A stretch of DNA of 32,000 nt from Geobacter sulfurreducens PCA (GTDB lineage: Bacteria > Desulfobacterota > Desulfuromonadia > Geobacterales > Geobacteraceae): the NCBI RefSeq assembly GCF_000007985.2, contig NC_002939.5, positions 1,920,001-1,952,000 on the forward strand, given 5' to 3'. How positions within the stretch are numbered: position 1 is the first letter of the stretch; each line of letters opens with the position of its first letter. This document shows, piece by piece, positions 1-10,637 of this stretch. The notes under the pieces are model-generated. The model searched no databases, had not been told where the DNA came from, and worked only from the letters and a program-made list of their open reading frames with translations. Both the position numbers and the translations under genes were made by a program.

Positions 1-239
1 GCACCGATGCCCTGCCCGCGGAAATCCCGGCGCACGGCCACGTCGAGTATCTCGCCCTCGTCGAAAAGGAGTGTCGGACAGATATACCCCACGATGAGTC
101 CGCCCGGCGACCGGGCAACAACGGGGAAAGAACGGGGGGATGCGAGTTCTGCGACGAAGTGATCCCTGGTCCAGGGGCGGGGGAACGAGTCGGATTCGAT
201 CTGCAGAACCTCGTCCAGGTCGCCTTCGGTCATGGGCAT
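1..239 (-). CDS. rimI: GNAT N-acetyltransferase, RimI-like (N-terminal part only; gene runs off the left edge)
   Basis: Absent from the ORF track because it is open at the window edge. Reverse translation from ATG 239-237 gives MPMTEGDLDEVLQIESDSFPRPWTRDHFVAEL...GEILDVAVRRDFRGQGIG. This shows the RimI-type FP.PW segment and GNAT motif A (R..RGQGIG). Divergent from purM. Confidence 0.6.
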   Translation of the reverse strand, partial: MPMTEGDLDEVLQIESDSFPRPWTRDHFVAELASPRSFPVVARSPGGLIVGYICPTLLFDEGEILDVAVRRDFRGQGIG

Positions 240-342
240 TATTGTCGGGCAATCTGCGGTATTCATCGAGCGTACGCATCATAGGCGAAGGACACCCCCT
301 TGTAAACCCTTTTTTCAGGCCTCAAACCGCGCCAGATAGGGT

Positions 343-371
343 TTGACATTTACCGGTTCATGCGATAAATT
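343..371 (+). promoter_or_regulatory. Candidate sigma70 promoter of purM-purN
   Basis: TTGACA (343-348), 17-nt spacer, TAAATT (366-371). Followed by GGGAGG (387-392) and GTG at 400. Confidence 0.4.
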
Positions 372-399
372 TTCACTTCTTTTAACGGGAGGAAACGTA

Positions 400-1446
400 G
401 TGACAAAGAGAGGTTTTACCTATAAGGACGCCGGTGTCGACATCGATGCCGGCAACACGTTTGTGGGGCTCATCAAACCGTTCGTGAAAGCCACTTCCAG
501 GCCCGAGGTCATCTCGGACATCGGCGGCTTCGGCGGGCTCTTTTCCCTGAACACCAACAAGTACCGCAACCCCGTCCTGGTTTCGGGAACCGACGGCGTC
601 GGCACCAAGCTCAAGATCGCCATGATGGCCGACCGGCATGATACCGTCGGCATCGACTTGGTGGCCATGTGCGTCAACGACATCATCGTCCAGGGTGCCG
701 AGCCGCTCTTTTTCCTCGACTATTTCGCCACGGGCAAACTGGACCCCCAGCGGGGAGCTGCCGTGGTTAAAGGTATCTCGGAGGGATGCGTCCAGGCCGG
801 CTGTGCCCTTATCGGTGGCGAGACGGCGGAGATGCCCGGCTTCTATCAGCCTGGTGAATACGACCTTGCCGGGTTCACTGTAGGCGTAGTCGAGCGCGAC
901 AACATCATCGACGGATCATCCATCACCGTGGGAAACCGTCTCGTGGGCATCGCCTCCAGCGGCCTCCACAGTAACGGCTATTCGCTCGCCCGCAAGATTA
1001 TCTTTGAATCCATGGGACTCGGCATAGACTCCATTCTGCCAGGACTCGGCATGTCCGCGGCAGACGCCCTGCTTACCCCTACCAAAATCTACGTCAAGAC
1101 CATTCTCAACCTGCTGAGGGACTTCCACGTGAACGGCATCGCGCACATTACCGGCGGCGGCCTGCTGGAAAACGTCCCCCGCGTCTTGCCCAACGGCTGC
1201 AAGGCTTTGGTGCATCTGGACAGCTGCCCGCTTCCGCCCCTCTTCTCCCTGCTTCAAGAGGCAGGATCCGTTGAGCGGGACGAAATGTACCGCACGTTCA
1301 ACTGTGGAATCGGCATGGTGCTGGCAGTACCCGAAAACGAGGCCGACGAGATACTTATCCGCCTTTCGGGACTTCAGGAGAAGGCCTTCATCATCGGCGA
1401 AATCGCCAAGTGCGAGCCCGGCGCCGAGATGGTCGAACTCGTATAA
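400..1446 (+). CDS. purM: Phosphoribosylformylglycinamidine cyclo-ligase (AIR synthetase)
   Basis: ORF 343..1446. Typical PurM segments: [44 protein letters not shown]. Start placed at GTG 400 because it has GGGAGG 7 nt upstream, whereas TTG 343 coincides with the -35 hexamer. Confidence 0.93.
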   Translation: MTKRGFTYKDAGVDIDAGNTFVGLIKPFVKATSRPEVISDIGGFGGLFSLNTNKYRNPVLVSGTDGVGTKLKIAMMADRHDTVGIDLVAMCVNDIIVQGAEPLFFLDYFATGKLDPQRGAAVVKGISEGCVQAGCALIGGETAEMPGFYQPGEYDLAGFTVGVVERDNIIDGSSITVGNRLVGIASSGLHSNGYSLARKIIFESMGLGIDSILPGLGMSAADALLTPTKIYVKTILNLLRDFHVNGIAHITGGGLLENVPRVLPNGCKALVHLDSCPLPPLFSLLQEAGSVERDEMYRTFNCGIGMVLAVPENEADEILIRLSGLQEKAFIIGEIAKCEPGAEMVELV

Positions 1447-1473
1447 ACGGGACGTGGCACCATGGGAGCCCCT

Positions 1474-2094
1474 ATGATTCAACCGCTTGCAGTTGGTGTT
1501 CTCGTTTCGGGCAATGGCTCGAATCTCCAGGCGATCATCGACCGGATCGAGGATGGCTCGCTCCCGGCGAGAATAGTCTGCGTGATCAGCAACAAAGCTG
1601 ATGCCTTTGGCCTTGAGCGCGCTAGAAAGCACGGCGTACCCGCCATCCATATCGATCACAGGGCCCACGGCGGCCGTGAATCCTACGATGCGGCCCTAGT
1701 GGAAACCCTGCGCTCCCACGGGGTGCAACTCGTCGTCCTGGCAGGCTTCATGCGCATCGTTACGCCGGTGTTGCTTGACGCCTTCCCCAATGCGGTCATG
1801 AATATCCATCCCGCCCTCCTGCCCGCCTTTCCCGGGCTCCACGCCCAGGCTCAGGCGCTCCGGTACGGAGTCAAGTTCTCCGGTTGCACTGTCCACTTTG
1901 TTGATGAAGGGACCGACACAGGACCGATCATCATCCAGGCAGCCGTCCCGGTCATGGATGATGACGATGAAGCCTCCCTTTCGGCCCGTATCCAGAGAGA
2001 AGAGCACCGGGCCTATCCCGAGGCTATCCGGCTGTTTGCCGCGAAACGCCTCAGGATCGAAGGAAGAAAGGTATCCATACTTCAGGGGGCATGA
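1474..2094 (+). CDS. purN: Phosphoribosylglycinamide formyltransferase
   Basis: VLVSGNGSNLQAIID, NIHPALLPAFPG and GCTVHFVDEGTDTGPII are PurN hallmarks. ATG 1474 has GGGAG 5 nt upstream. The ORF-track start at 1462 is the alternative. Confidence 0.92.
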   Translation: MIQPLAVGVLVSGNGSNLQAIIDRIEDGSLPARIVCVISNKADAFGLERARKHGVPAIHIDHRAHGGRESYDAALVETLRSHGVQLVVLAGFMRIVTPVLLDAFPNAVMNIHPALLPAFPGLHAQAQALRYGVKFSGCTVHFVDEGTDTGPIIIQAAVPVMDDDDEASLSARIQREEHRAYPEAIRLFAAKRLRIEGRKVSILQGA

Positions 2095-2140
2095 CCACGC
2101 AACATGCTCTCCGGTTATTCCGCGATCGAGGAACGGTGCC

Positions 2141-2413
2141 ATGAAACGAACGGTCATTTTATTCGCTGCCATGATTCTAACCGCCTCTGTCGGCCTTGCA
2201 GCTGATGTTATCCTGTTCCCGTCCAAAAACGGTGCCGTCACCTTCACCCACAAACGACACTCTGAATTTGTAAGGGAATGCAGGAGCTGTCACGAGAAAA
2301 CCCCTGGTAAAATAAGAAATTTCGGCAAGGATTACGCCCACAAGACCTGCAAGGGGTGCCACGAAGTGCGGGGCGCTGGACCTACAAAATGCAAGCTCTG
2401 CCACACGGGCTAG
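2141..2413 (+). CDS. ppcE: Periplasmic triheme cytochrome c7 (PpcA family; sequence recalled as PpcE)
   Basis: 90 aa: 20-aa signal peptide (MKRTVILFAAMILTASVGLA) plus a 70-aa mature domain ADVILFPSKNGAVTFTHKRH... with three CXXCH motifs (CRSCH, CKGCH, CKLCH). Size and heme spacing fit cytochrome c7. The ORF-track start at 1898 is an upstream over-extension overlapping purN. Confidence 0.9.
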   Translation: MKRTVILFAAMILTASVGLAADVILFPSKNGAVTFTHKRHSEFVRECRSCHEKTPGKIRNFGKDYAHKTCKGCHEVRGAGPTKCKLCHTG

Positions 2414-2440
2414 CACAGCGCGCAAAACAATTCAGACGCG

Positions 2441-2476
2441 AAGCCGGTTACCCTTCGGATGACCGGCTTTTTTGTT
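2441..2476 (+). terminator. Rho-independent terminator after ppcE
   Basis: Stem AAGCCGGT (2441-2448) pairs with ACCGGCTT (2462-2469) and runs into a T-tract (TTTTTTG). Confidence 0.85.
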
Positions 2477-2589
2477 GCTAAAGAGGAAAACTCAGGGTTG
2501 TCTCCGACAAACCTAAACCAAAATGCAGCCCACAACATGCTGCAACAATTAACTATTTCAAAATGGTAACACCCGTAAAACATTTTGTG

Positions 2590-2618
2590 TTGACATTCAG
2601 ATACAAGGTTTGTTAGTT
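2590..2618 (+). promoter_or_regulatory. Candidate pgcA promoter (weak -10)
   Basis: Perfect TTGACA at 2590-2595, 17-nt spacer, TTAGTT at 2613-2618. The better hexamer TATAGT (2620-2625) is 24 nt from the -35, which is too far. AT-rich region just upstream of the riboswitch. Confidence 0.3.
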
Positions 2619-2649
2619 CTATAGTCAGCAATTCACCAAACAAATCAGA

Positions 2650-2724
2650 TACACGACAATACTAAACCATCCGCGAGGATGGGGCGGAAAGCCTAAGGGT
2701 CTCCCTGAGACAGCCGGGTCGCCG
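2650..2724 (+). ncRNA. GEMM-I class cyclic-dinucleotide riboswitch aptamer (probably the 3',3'-cGAMP-selective GEMM-Ib subtype described in Geobacter)
   Basis: ACUAAACCAUCCGCGAGGAUGGGGCGGAAAGCCUAAGGG aligns with the recalled V. cholerae Vc2 core CAAACCAUUCGAAAGAGUGGGACGCAAAGCCUCCGG. P2 hairpin CCAUCC-GCGA-GGAUGG has a GNRA loop. The conserved ACGCAAAGCC junction appears here as GCGGAAAGCC. Sits in the 5' UTR of pgcA. Confidence 0.85.
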
Positions 2725-2758
2725 AAATATCTGAACGATATCAGGCCCCGGCTTTTTT
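2713..2758 (+). terminator. Riboswitch expression platform: intrinsic terminator overlapping the aptamer 3' strand
   Basis: GCCGGGUCGCC (2713-2723) pairs with GGCCCCGGC (2744-2752), enclosing an inner AUAUC/GAUAU hairpin, and is followed by U6 (2753-2758). The 5' arm overlaps the aptamer closing helix, so ligand binding should prevent termination (ON switch). Confidence 0.75.
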
Positions 2759-2784
2759 GTGCCCGGGCTGCCGGATCGTTCTGA

Positions 2785-4356
<1,572 letters not shown>

Positions 4357-4376
4357 TCAACTCTGATCTCCAACGG

Positions 4377-4404
4377 AAAACGGCCTGCTTTTGCAGGCCG
4401 TTTT
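4377..4404. terminator. Bidirectional rho-independent terminator between convergent pgcA and the TPR/zincin gene
   Basis: AAAACGGCCTGC-TTTT-GCAGGCCGTTTT. Perfect 8-bp GC-rich stem flanked by an A-run on one side and a T-run on the other. Confidence 0.85.
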
Positions 4405-4424
4405 CTATTTTCCCCGAACTCGGA

Positions 4425-5714
4425 TTATCGTTCCGGCGTGCCTCCGCCACCCACCTCTCTCAGTACATGATCGCGCCATCGGCCGAACAGGCCGTCATAA
4501 TCGAGGCCCACATCGGCGAACGCCCGGTTCATTGCCTCGCCGAGCGACAGGCCACTTCCCAGATCTTCGAGGACCATCCGAAGCCGGTGCCATCCATGGG
4601 CGGAAACGATAAAATCGACGAGGGAGTAGCTTTGCTCATAGGCAAGACGAACCTCACCTCCTTCGAGCCCGGCGAATGATCCTTCAAGGCGTTTCAACGG
4701 CAAGAACTCACCACGTTTAGCCGCTTTTTCCAACTCACCGAGAGGGGGATTGTACTCCAGGCGCCCCTGTATTTCGGCAATCCCCTCGTTCAGCCAGGTG
4801 GGGCAATTACCGCGAGTCAGGTCGATGACAACGGCGTGGACATATTCATGGCGCAAAGTTGCCCTGATATCCGGCGTGATCTCTGTTATGCCGCCGACAG
4901 GGAGGCGGATTTTGCCGTCATACAATCCGCCCGACCAGTGGGGCGATCGGGTTACCTCCCGGTAGTCCTGGCGAGTGTAGAGTATGACCGGGATTCGTGA
5001 GGCGGGGAAGAATCCTAAGTCGGTGCCGACCGAATTATAGAACTCCTCAAGCAGATCAAGAATTGCCAGGGCATTGTCAGTCTTCGTCCCGCTGTCGTAC
5101 GAAACAATGAAGCGCGAACTATGCCCGCGTTCCATCCTCTCCTCGACCGACTGCTCACGCCGCACCTTTTCCAGCAGTCCGGCCAGGGAGGACTCGGAGG
5201 GGGCAAGGGTCGCAGCCTTTTCCCAAAGGGCCATGGCCTGGTCGGTCTCACCCGCGTCGTAATATGTCTTGCCCAGGAAATACAGGCCTTCGGCCGTATC
5301 TCCACCGAGGGACCGGGCCAGGGAAAGCTCGTGACGGGCCATTTCTTCATTCTTGGCCAAAGAAAAGGCGATCCCTCTCAAAAGATGAAAACGGGGTTCG
5401 TCGGGATAGAGTTCGCTGCCGCGCCCGAAGTGCTTTGCCGCCTCCTCGTAGGATTTGCTCTCCAGCAGTTTCCGCCCGAGAAGGGCATGGGCTGTGGCGA
5501 GATTATCCCTCAGCGTCGGGTCCAGGGAAAACAGAGAGAACGCCTGCTCCAGCTGCTCTATGCCCTTTTCCAACTCGCCGAGATCAATGGACTGGACACC
5601 GTATTTTTTCTGGGCGACCGGGTCGGCGCCGGTTGCCGGCGGGGCGGCAACCACGAGGCAGCCGAGCAGCAGGGGAAGGGTAAACAACAGAGGGCGTTTC
5701 AGGAAGACGTTCAA
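4425..5714 (-). CDS. Lipoprotein with TPR repeats and a C-terminal peptidase MA-like (gluzincin) domain
   Basis: N-terminus MNVFLKRPLLFTLPLLLGC (lipobox). TPR-like A..Y...A helices in the first half. HEYVH encoded at 4836-4850 and NEGIAE at 4773-4790 (HEXXH...NEG.AE zincin signature). TTG start overlaps the upstream stop (TTGA). Confidence 0.75.
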   Translation of the reverse strand: MNVFLKRPLLFTLPLLLGCLVVAAPPATGADPVAQKKYGVQSIDLGELEKGIEQLEQAFSLFSLDPTLRDNLATAHALLGRKLLESKSYEEAAKHFGRGSELYPDEPRFHLLRGIAFSLAKNEEMARHELSLARSLGGDTAEGLYFLGKTYYDAGETDQAMALWEKAATLAPSESSLAGLLEKVRREQSVEERMERGHSSRFIVSYDSGTKTDNALAILDLLEEFYNSVGTDLGFFPASRIPVILYTRQDYREVTRSPHWSGGLYDGKIRLPVGGITEITPDIRATLRHEYVHAVVIDLTRGNCPTWLNEGIAEIQGRLEYNPPLGELEKAAKRGEFLPLKRLEGSFAGLEGGEVRLAYEQSYSLVDFIVSAHGWHRLRMVLEDLGSGLSLGEAMNRAFADVGLDYDGLFGRWRDHVLREVGGGGTPER

Positions 5715-6001
5715 CGCATACCCCAGAGAGGAGCATCTTCGAACTGCATCCGCAGCCGCTCGTCGGGGTTCTGCTCATAGAACTCCTCTTCGGAGAAGGA
5801 GAGGCGATAGGCGTCGGTGTACTCGCGAAGCAGGGCATAGGCTGCATTGATGAGTCGGATTCGCTCCGGGTCGCCCTCTTCTCCGGTGTCGGGATGATGG
5901 CGCCGCACGAGTTCCCGGTGGCGGGCCTTGATCTCCCGTAGTGTCACCCGGTCTGACAATCCAAATATTTCAAGAGATTTGACGAGATCTACGTATTTCA
6001 T
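5711..6001 (-). CDS. Small J-domain (DnaJ-like) protein
   Basis: 96 aa. LREIKARHRELVRRHHPDTGE contains the HPD tripeptide in a J-domain helix II/III context. No Zn-finger or C-terminal substrate domain. Confidence 0.75.
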   Translation of the reverse strand: MKYVDLVKSLEIFGLSDRVTLREIKARHRELVRRHHPDTGEEGDPERIRLINAAYALLREYTDAYRLSFSEEEFYEQNPDERLRMQFEDAPLWGMR

Positions 6002-6079
6002 CGGCTGCCCCCATAGATGGTGGCCCTAAACGCATGGTCAGCCCAACCGTTGTTCCCGGTAGGAGAAATTGATCCGCAT

Positions 6080-7963
6080 CTAGCGCGCGGACAACGTCCT
6101 GATCCGTCCGGCAATCCCCTCGGCATCGAGGCCGTAGCGTGACCGCAGTTCATGTTGTTCACCCTGCTCCACATACCGGTCGGGGTAGCCGAACCGGTGC
6201 ACGGCAACGCCTCCTACTCCTTCATCGGCAAGCAGTTCGAGCACGGCTGAACCAAAGCCCCCTTGAAGGACGTTTTCCTCAATAGTCACCAGCGTTCCGG
6301 CCCGGCCGACGTACGACAGGATAAGCTCCCGGTCGAGGGGTTTCACAAAACGGACGTTGACCACGGTCAGGTCAATGCCCTCGCCTTCAAGGGTGTTAGC
6401 CGCTTCGAGGGCGGGCCCGACCATGGCGCCGACCGCCAGAACCACACAGGTGCCGCTGCCGGCACGCAGCACTTCCGACGTGCCCAGGGGGATCGGAGCC
6501 AGCGACTGGTCAAGGGGCACGCCGAGCCCATTGCCGCGGGGATAGCGGACCGCTGCGGGGCCATTATGGTCGATGGCGGTCTTGAGCATGTGTTGCAGCT
6601 CGTTTTCATCCTTGGGGGCCATTACGACCATGTTGGGCAGGGTACGCAGGTAGGACAGGTCAAAGAGCCCGTGGTGGGTCGGACCATCGCTTCCCACGAC
6701 CCCGGACCGGTCAATGGCAAAGGTCACCGGCAGGTTCATGAGGCAGACATCGTGGAAAAGCTGGTCATAGGCCCGCTGCAGGAACGAAGAGTAAATGGCG
6801 AAAACCGGCCGGTACCCCTCGGCCGCGAGGCCGGCGGCAAAGGTTACGCCATGCTGCTCCGCGATCCCCACATCGAAGAAGCGACCGGGGTGGCGAGCCG
6901 AGAAGGAGCCGAGGCCCGTACCGTCGGGCATGGCCGCAGTGATGGCGACTACCCGCTCGTCTTCATCGGCAATCCGCGTCAGGGCCTGGCCGAAGACTCC
7001 CGTGTAGGAGGTGGCCCCGCCCTTTCCTTTTACGATTTCGCCGCTGACAGGGTCAAAGGGGCCGACCCCGTGGAAAAGCGACGGTTTGGCTTCGGCCGGG
7101 GCAAACCCCTTTCCCTTTTTGGTCAGAACGTGGATCAGGACCGCATCATCGAACCGCTTGACCTTTTCGAAGGTTTCCGTGAGGCGGCCGATGTCGTGTC
7201 CGTCGATGGGGCCGATATACTCGAACCCGAAGGCTTCGAAGAGCATTCCCGGCGTAAAGAGTCCCTTGAGAGACTCTTCCGCCCGTTTGGCCACCTTGAG
7301 GACGTTCCGGCCGATCCGGTCGAGCCCCCCGAGAAAGGTTTCCACATCCTTCTTCAGGGTATGAACGAACTCGCTGGTAACGGTACGGCTCAGAAAATTG
7401 GACAGAGCGCCCACGTTCTCGGCGATGGACATCTCGTTGTCGTTCAGAACCACGACCAGATCACGGTTCAGGTGCCCCGCGTGGTTGAGCCCTTCATAGG
7501 CGATACCGCCGGTCATGGAGCCGTCGCCGATGACCGCCACTACCTTGTTGTTCCTGCCGGCGAGGTCACGGGCCGCCGCAAGCCCCAGGGCGGCGGATAT
7601 GGAAGTGGAGGCATGGCCGGCGTCAAACACGTCGTGGGGCGACTCGGCCCGCTTGAGGAAGCCGCTGATCCCTCCAAGGGTCCGCAGGGTTGCGAACCGG
7701 TCCCGGCGGCCGGTCACGAGTTTGTGGGCATAGGCTTGGTGTCCCACGTCCCAGACGATTTTATCCTCAGGCGAGGTGAATACCCTATGCAGGGCCAGAG
7801 TAAGCTCCACCACGCCGAGACTCGGCGCCAGGTGACCGCCGTTGCGGGAGCAGACGGTTATGATTTCCTGCCGTATCTCCTCTGCAAGGATGCCCAACTC
7901 GGCCGTAGTGAGCCCCTTCAGGTCAGAGGGAGAATCTACCCTGTCGAGAATACGAGACATCAT
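6080..7963 (-). CDS. dxs: 1-deoxy-D-xylulose-5-phosphate synthase
   Basis: 627 aa. [14 protein letters not shown], the ThDP motif IGDGSMTGG...LNDNEMSI and [12 protein letters not shown] are typical Dxs segments. Stop/start overlap with ispA. Confidence 0.95.
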   Translation of the reverse strand: MMSRILDRVDSPSDLKGLTTAELGILAEEIRQEIITVCSRNGGHLAPSLGVVELTLALHRVFTSPEDKIVWDVGHQAYAHKLVTGRRDRFATLRTLGGISGFLKRAESPHDVFDAGHASTSISAALGLAAARDLAGRNNKVVAVIGDGSMTGGIAYEGLNHAGHLNRDLVVVLNDNEMSIAENVGALSNFLSRTVTSEFVHTLKKDVETFLGGLDRIGRNVLKVAKRAEESLKGLFTPGMLFEAFGFEYIGPIDGHDIGRLTETFEKVKRFDDAVLIHVLTKKGKGFAPAEAKPSLFHGVGPFDPVSGEIVKGKGGATSYTGVFGQALTRIADEDERVVAITAAMPDGTGLGSFSARHPGRFFDVGIAEQHGVTFAAGLAAEGYRPVFAIYSSFLQRAYDQLFHDVCLMNLPVTFAIDRSGVVGSDGPTHHGLFDLSYLRTLPNMVVMAPKDENELQHMLKTAIDHNGPAAVRYPRGNGLGVPLDQSLAPIPLGTSEVLRAGSGTCVVLAVGAMVGPALEAANTLEGEGIDLTVVNVRFVKPLDRELILSYVGRAGTLVTIEENVLQGGFGSAVLELLADEGVGGVAVHRFGYPDRYVEQGEQHELRSRYGLDAEGIAGRIRTLSAR

Positions 7964-8853
7964 GATTTCCGTGACACGATGTACCGGGCGATTTCCCGAA
8001 GGGGGTCAGCCCGGTGGTCAAAGGGCGAAAGGGCCTCAATGGCGAGATCGAGAAGTTCCTGGGCGCGCCGCTTGGATTCAGCCAGGCCCAGCACGGCCGG
8101 ATAGGTGGCTTTCCCCCGAGCTTCATCACTGCCCGCGTCCTTGCCGATCTGCTCGGTTGTTCCCTCGATATCGAGGATATCGTCGGCGATCTGGAACGCC
8201 AGGCCAATGGCTTCGCCGTAGCGTGTCACGGCCTTGACCGCGTCCGCGTTGGCTCCCCCCAGTACTGCTCCCGCCTTGATGGAGGCCTTGATCAGCGCAC
8301 CGGTCTTGCGGGTGTGGATATATTGGACTGTTGCCAGATCGATCTCTTTGTTCCCCTCGCTCTCCATGTCGACCACCTGCCCGCCGACCATTCCCCGCGA
8401 ACCGGCACAGAGGGCGATCTCGTGAATAACCGGCAGGAGTCGATCGCTTCCAACCGCGGCAGCATAGGAGGGAGAGCTGATGAGGATGAACGCCTCGGTA
8501 AGCAGGGCATCGCCGGCAAGGATGGCAATGGCTTCGCCGAATACCTTGTGGTTCGTCGGCCGCCCGCGGCGGAAATCATCGTCATCCATTGCCGGCAGGT
8601 CATCGTGGATGAGAGAGTAGGTATGGATCATCTCCATGGCGCAGGCCGCCGGCAGGGCCAGCGCCGTATCGCCGCCCACGGCATCGCAGGCTGCCAGCAT
8701 CAGGATCGGGCGGACCCGTTTCCCACCGGCAAATACCGAATAACGCATGGCGCGGTGCACCGAAGACGGGAGCTCGTCTTCAGCCGGCAGATGGCGCTCC
8801 AGAGCCTCGTCCACCAAGGCACAGCGTTCTTTAAGATAACCTTTCAGATCCAT
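7960..8853 (-). CDS. ispA: Farnesyl/geranyl diphosphate synthase
   Basis: 297 aa. First and second Asp-rich motifs [17 protein letters not shown] and FQIADDILD. Classical xseB-ispA-dxs neighbourhood. Confidence 0.93.
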   Translation of the reverse strand: MDLKGYLKERCALVDEALERHLPAEDELPSSVHRAMRYSVFAGGKRVRPILMLAACDAVGGDTALALPAACAMEMIHTYSLIHDDLPAMDDDDFRRGRPTNHKVFGEAIAILAGDALLTEAFILISSPSYAAAVGSDRLLPVIHEIALCAGSRGMVGGQVVDMESEGNKEIDLATVQYIHTRKTGALIKASIKAGAVLGGANADAVKAVTRYGEAIGLAFQIADDILDIEGTTEQIGKDAGSDEARGKATYPAVLGLAESKRRAQELLDLAIEALSPFDHRADPLREIARYIVSRKS

Positions 8854-8896
8854 CGGACCATCCTTTCACGTAAAAATGCACGCACGCGGAACCGGA

Positions 8897-9127
8897 CTAT
8901 TCGTCATCCAGCCGGAAGTCTTCGCGCACGAACGTGCCGTCCTTCTTTTTGAGAAGGAGTTCGACCTTTTTCTCCGCCTCGTCCAGTTTCTTTGTGCAGA
9001 AAGAGGCCATCTTGACCCCCTCTTCAAAGGCCTTGAGCGAATCGTCGAGGGAAAGATCTCCCCCCTCCAGCTTTCTGACCACGTCTTCCAGCTTTTTCAG
9101 TGCGGTTTCAAATTTTTCAACAGCCAT
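8897..9127 (-). CDS. xseB: Exodeoxyribonuclease VII small subunit
   Basis: 76 aa. FETALKKLEDVVRKLEGGDLSLDDSLKAFEEGVKM is the canonical XseB helix pattern. Confidence 0.9.
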   Translation of the reverse strand: MAVEKFETALKKLEDVVRKLEGGDLSLDDSLKAFEEGVKMASFCTKKLDEAEKKVELLLKKKDGTFVREDFRLDDE

Positions 9128-9193
9128 AGATTTATCCCGAATATGAAAATGAAGGGGTCATTATAGCGCCCGGACAGGGTGAGTCAAGGTTTG

Positions 9194-10537
9194 TCACGTG
9201 TCGCTGCTGGATTCCACGCAACAGCCGGCCCGGCCGCGACGAAGGCACAACTCCACCCGGTCTCCCGGCGCGAGTCGGGCGCTGTCGGTAACGAGACACC
9301 GCTCGGGAAGCTTCAGCACGATGCTGTATCCCCGGGCCATGGTGGCCAGCGGCGAAAGCGTATCGAGCCGCGCTGCGGCCACGAGCGTTTTCTCTCTGAG
9401 GTGGTCCAGGAAACGGCGGAGCAGCGTCTCGTTGCGCCCGGCAAGGGCTATGACCCTTTCCCTGGCTCGCTCGAGCCTGACGGCGGGATTGGTAAGGCGC
9501 AAATTGGTGGTCAGCAGATCAAGGCTACCGCGATGACGTCGGACACTGTTCGCTGTCCCTCGCTCCAACCGGGCCGAGAGGTCATCGACCCGCTGTGACA
9601 GGTGCCCCACCAGCATGGACGGATCACGAAGGGAACGGTTGAGACTGTCGAGCTCGCCCCTCCTCTCGGCCAGGACCTGCCGTCCCCCCTGAACCAGCCG
9701 ATGCCTGAGAAATTCAAGACGGGCGGCTAGTTCCTCTTTGCTCTTCACCACCAGTTCGGCCGCTGCCGACGGCGTAGGAGCCCGCAGGTCGGCAACAAAA
9801 TCAGCAATGGTGAAGTCCACTTCGTGCCCAACAGCAGAAATCACCGGGATGCGCGAACGATGGATTGCCCGAGCAACCATTTCCTCGTTGAATGCCCATA
9901 GATCCTCGAGCGATCCGCCCCCCCGCCCGACGATCATCACGTCGATGACGCCGTAGCGGTTGAAGTCGTCAATCGCCGCGGCGATTTCCTCCGCAGCCCC
10001 CTCACCCTGGACTTTTACCGGCCGGATGAGGATCTCCACGTTGGCGAAGCGGCGGTTCAGCACGGTAAGGATGTCGTGAATTGCCGCCCCCGTGGCCGAG
10101 GTGACCACTCCAATCTTCTGAGGCAACGGTGGAATAGGTTTCTTGTGCTCGTCAGCGAACAGCCCTTCCCGGGCCAATTGCTCCTTCAGCTGAATGAAGG
10201 CCAGTTGCAAGGCTCCGATCCCGCGGGGCTCGAGGTATTCCACCAGCAGTTGGTACTCACCCCGCTGATCGTACACCGTGACTCTCCCGCGGACGATGAG
10301 GCCCATCCCGTCGCGGGGACGAAATTTCAGTGCCCTGGATGATGCCCTGAACATGACGCAACGGATCTGGGCCGCTCCGTCCTTCAGCGTGAAGTAGAGG
10401 TGGCCGGAGGCCGGCGTGGCCAGGTTCGACACCTCCCCTTCCACCCACACGTGCTCGAAGTTTTCCTCAAGCACCCCGCGAATCAGCGAGGTGAGCTGGG
10501 ACACGGTCAGGATTCGTTTTTCAGAAAAGATATCCAC
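9194..10537 (-). CDS. xseA: Exodeoxyribonuclease VII large subunit
   Basis: 447 aa, GTG start. N-terminal OB-fold segment [29 protein letters not shown]. Also [14 protein letters not shown] and [16 protein letters not shown]. Confidence 0.93.
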   Translation of the reverse strand: MDIFSEKRILTVSQLTSLIRGVLEENFEHVWVEGEVSNLATPASGHLYFTLKDGAAQIRCVMFRASSRALKFRPRDGMGLIVRGRVTVYDQRGEYQLLVEYLEPRGIGALQLAFIQLKEQLAREGLFADEHKKPIPPLPQKIGVVTSATGAAIHDILTVLNRRFANVEILIRPVKVQGEGAAEEIAAAIDDFNRYGVIDVMIVGRGGGSLEDLWAFNEEMVARAIHRSRIPVISAVGHEVDFTIADFVADLRAPTPSAAAELVVKSKEELAARLEFLRHRLVQGGRQVLAERRGELDSLNRSLRDPSMLVGHLSQRVDDLSARLERGTANSVRRHRGSLDLLTTNLRLTNPAVRLERARERVIALAGRNETLLRRFLDHLREKTLVAAARLDTLSPLATMARGYSIVLKLPERCLVTDSARLAPGDRVELCLRRGRAGCCVESSSDT

Positions 10538-10607
10538 GGGAACCCCGGGTTAAAGTTATTTAGTATCAAATAGATATAATTCAGGGGCAACGGCCTGTCA
10601 AACCGGG

Positions 10608-10637
10608 TTGACCGCTGTCAGGCGGACAGTGTAGTAT
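10608..10637 (+). promoter_or_regulatory. Candidate sigma70 promoter of the ParA-like gene
   Basis: TTGACC (10608-10613), 18-nt spacer, TAGTAT (10632-10637). The -10 hexamer overlaps the first ATG (10636) and lies 7 nt before the second ATG (10645). Confidence 0.4.

Noticed and set aside
140-346. 68-aa + strand ORF at the left edge
   Set aside because: It overlaps the RimI-like gene in antisense and the purM promoter. Its product is Arg/Ser-rich with no support.
916-1668. 250-aa ORF antisense to purM/purN
   Set aside because: Same reasoning. It overlaps two well-supported genes on the opposite strand, has no RBS, and has a biased R/G/A composition.
2590-2625. TTGACA ... TATAGT as a textbook promoter for pgcA
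   Set aside because: The two hexamers are 24 nt apart, outside the functional 16-19 nt range. Only the weaker TTAGTT at 17 nt can pair with the -35, so the promoter call is kept at low confidence.
2410-2643. 77-aa minus-strand ORF in the ppcE-pgcA intergenic region
   Set aside because: It spans the ppcE terminator hairpin and the AT-rich pgcA promoter region. It has no RBS and a Cys/Phe/Trp-rich, odd composition, so it is most likely non-coding.
5121-5850. Several 130-220-aa + strand ORFs over the TPR-zincin and J-domain genes
   Set aside because: They are mutually overlapping alternative frames, antisense to genes with signal peptide/TPR/HEXXH and HPD motifs. No RBS or motif support.
6263-8104. 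613-aa ORF on the + strand, the longest + strand ORF in this region
   Set aside because: It lies entirely antisense to dxs/ispA, whose products have unmistakable conserved motifs. Its own translation is Arg/Gly/Ala/Pro-rich low-information sequence with no recognisable motif. This is a typical stop-codon-poor antisense frame in ~74% GC DNA.
8014-8952. 312-aa + strand ORF over ispA
   Set aside because: Antisense shadow of ispA in high-GC DNA, with no family-like motifs.
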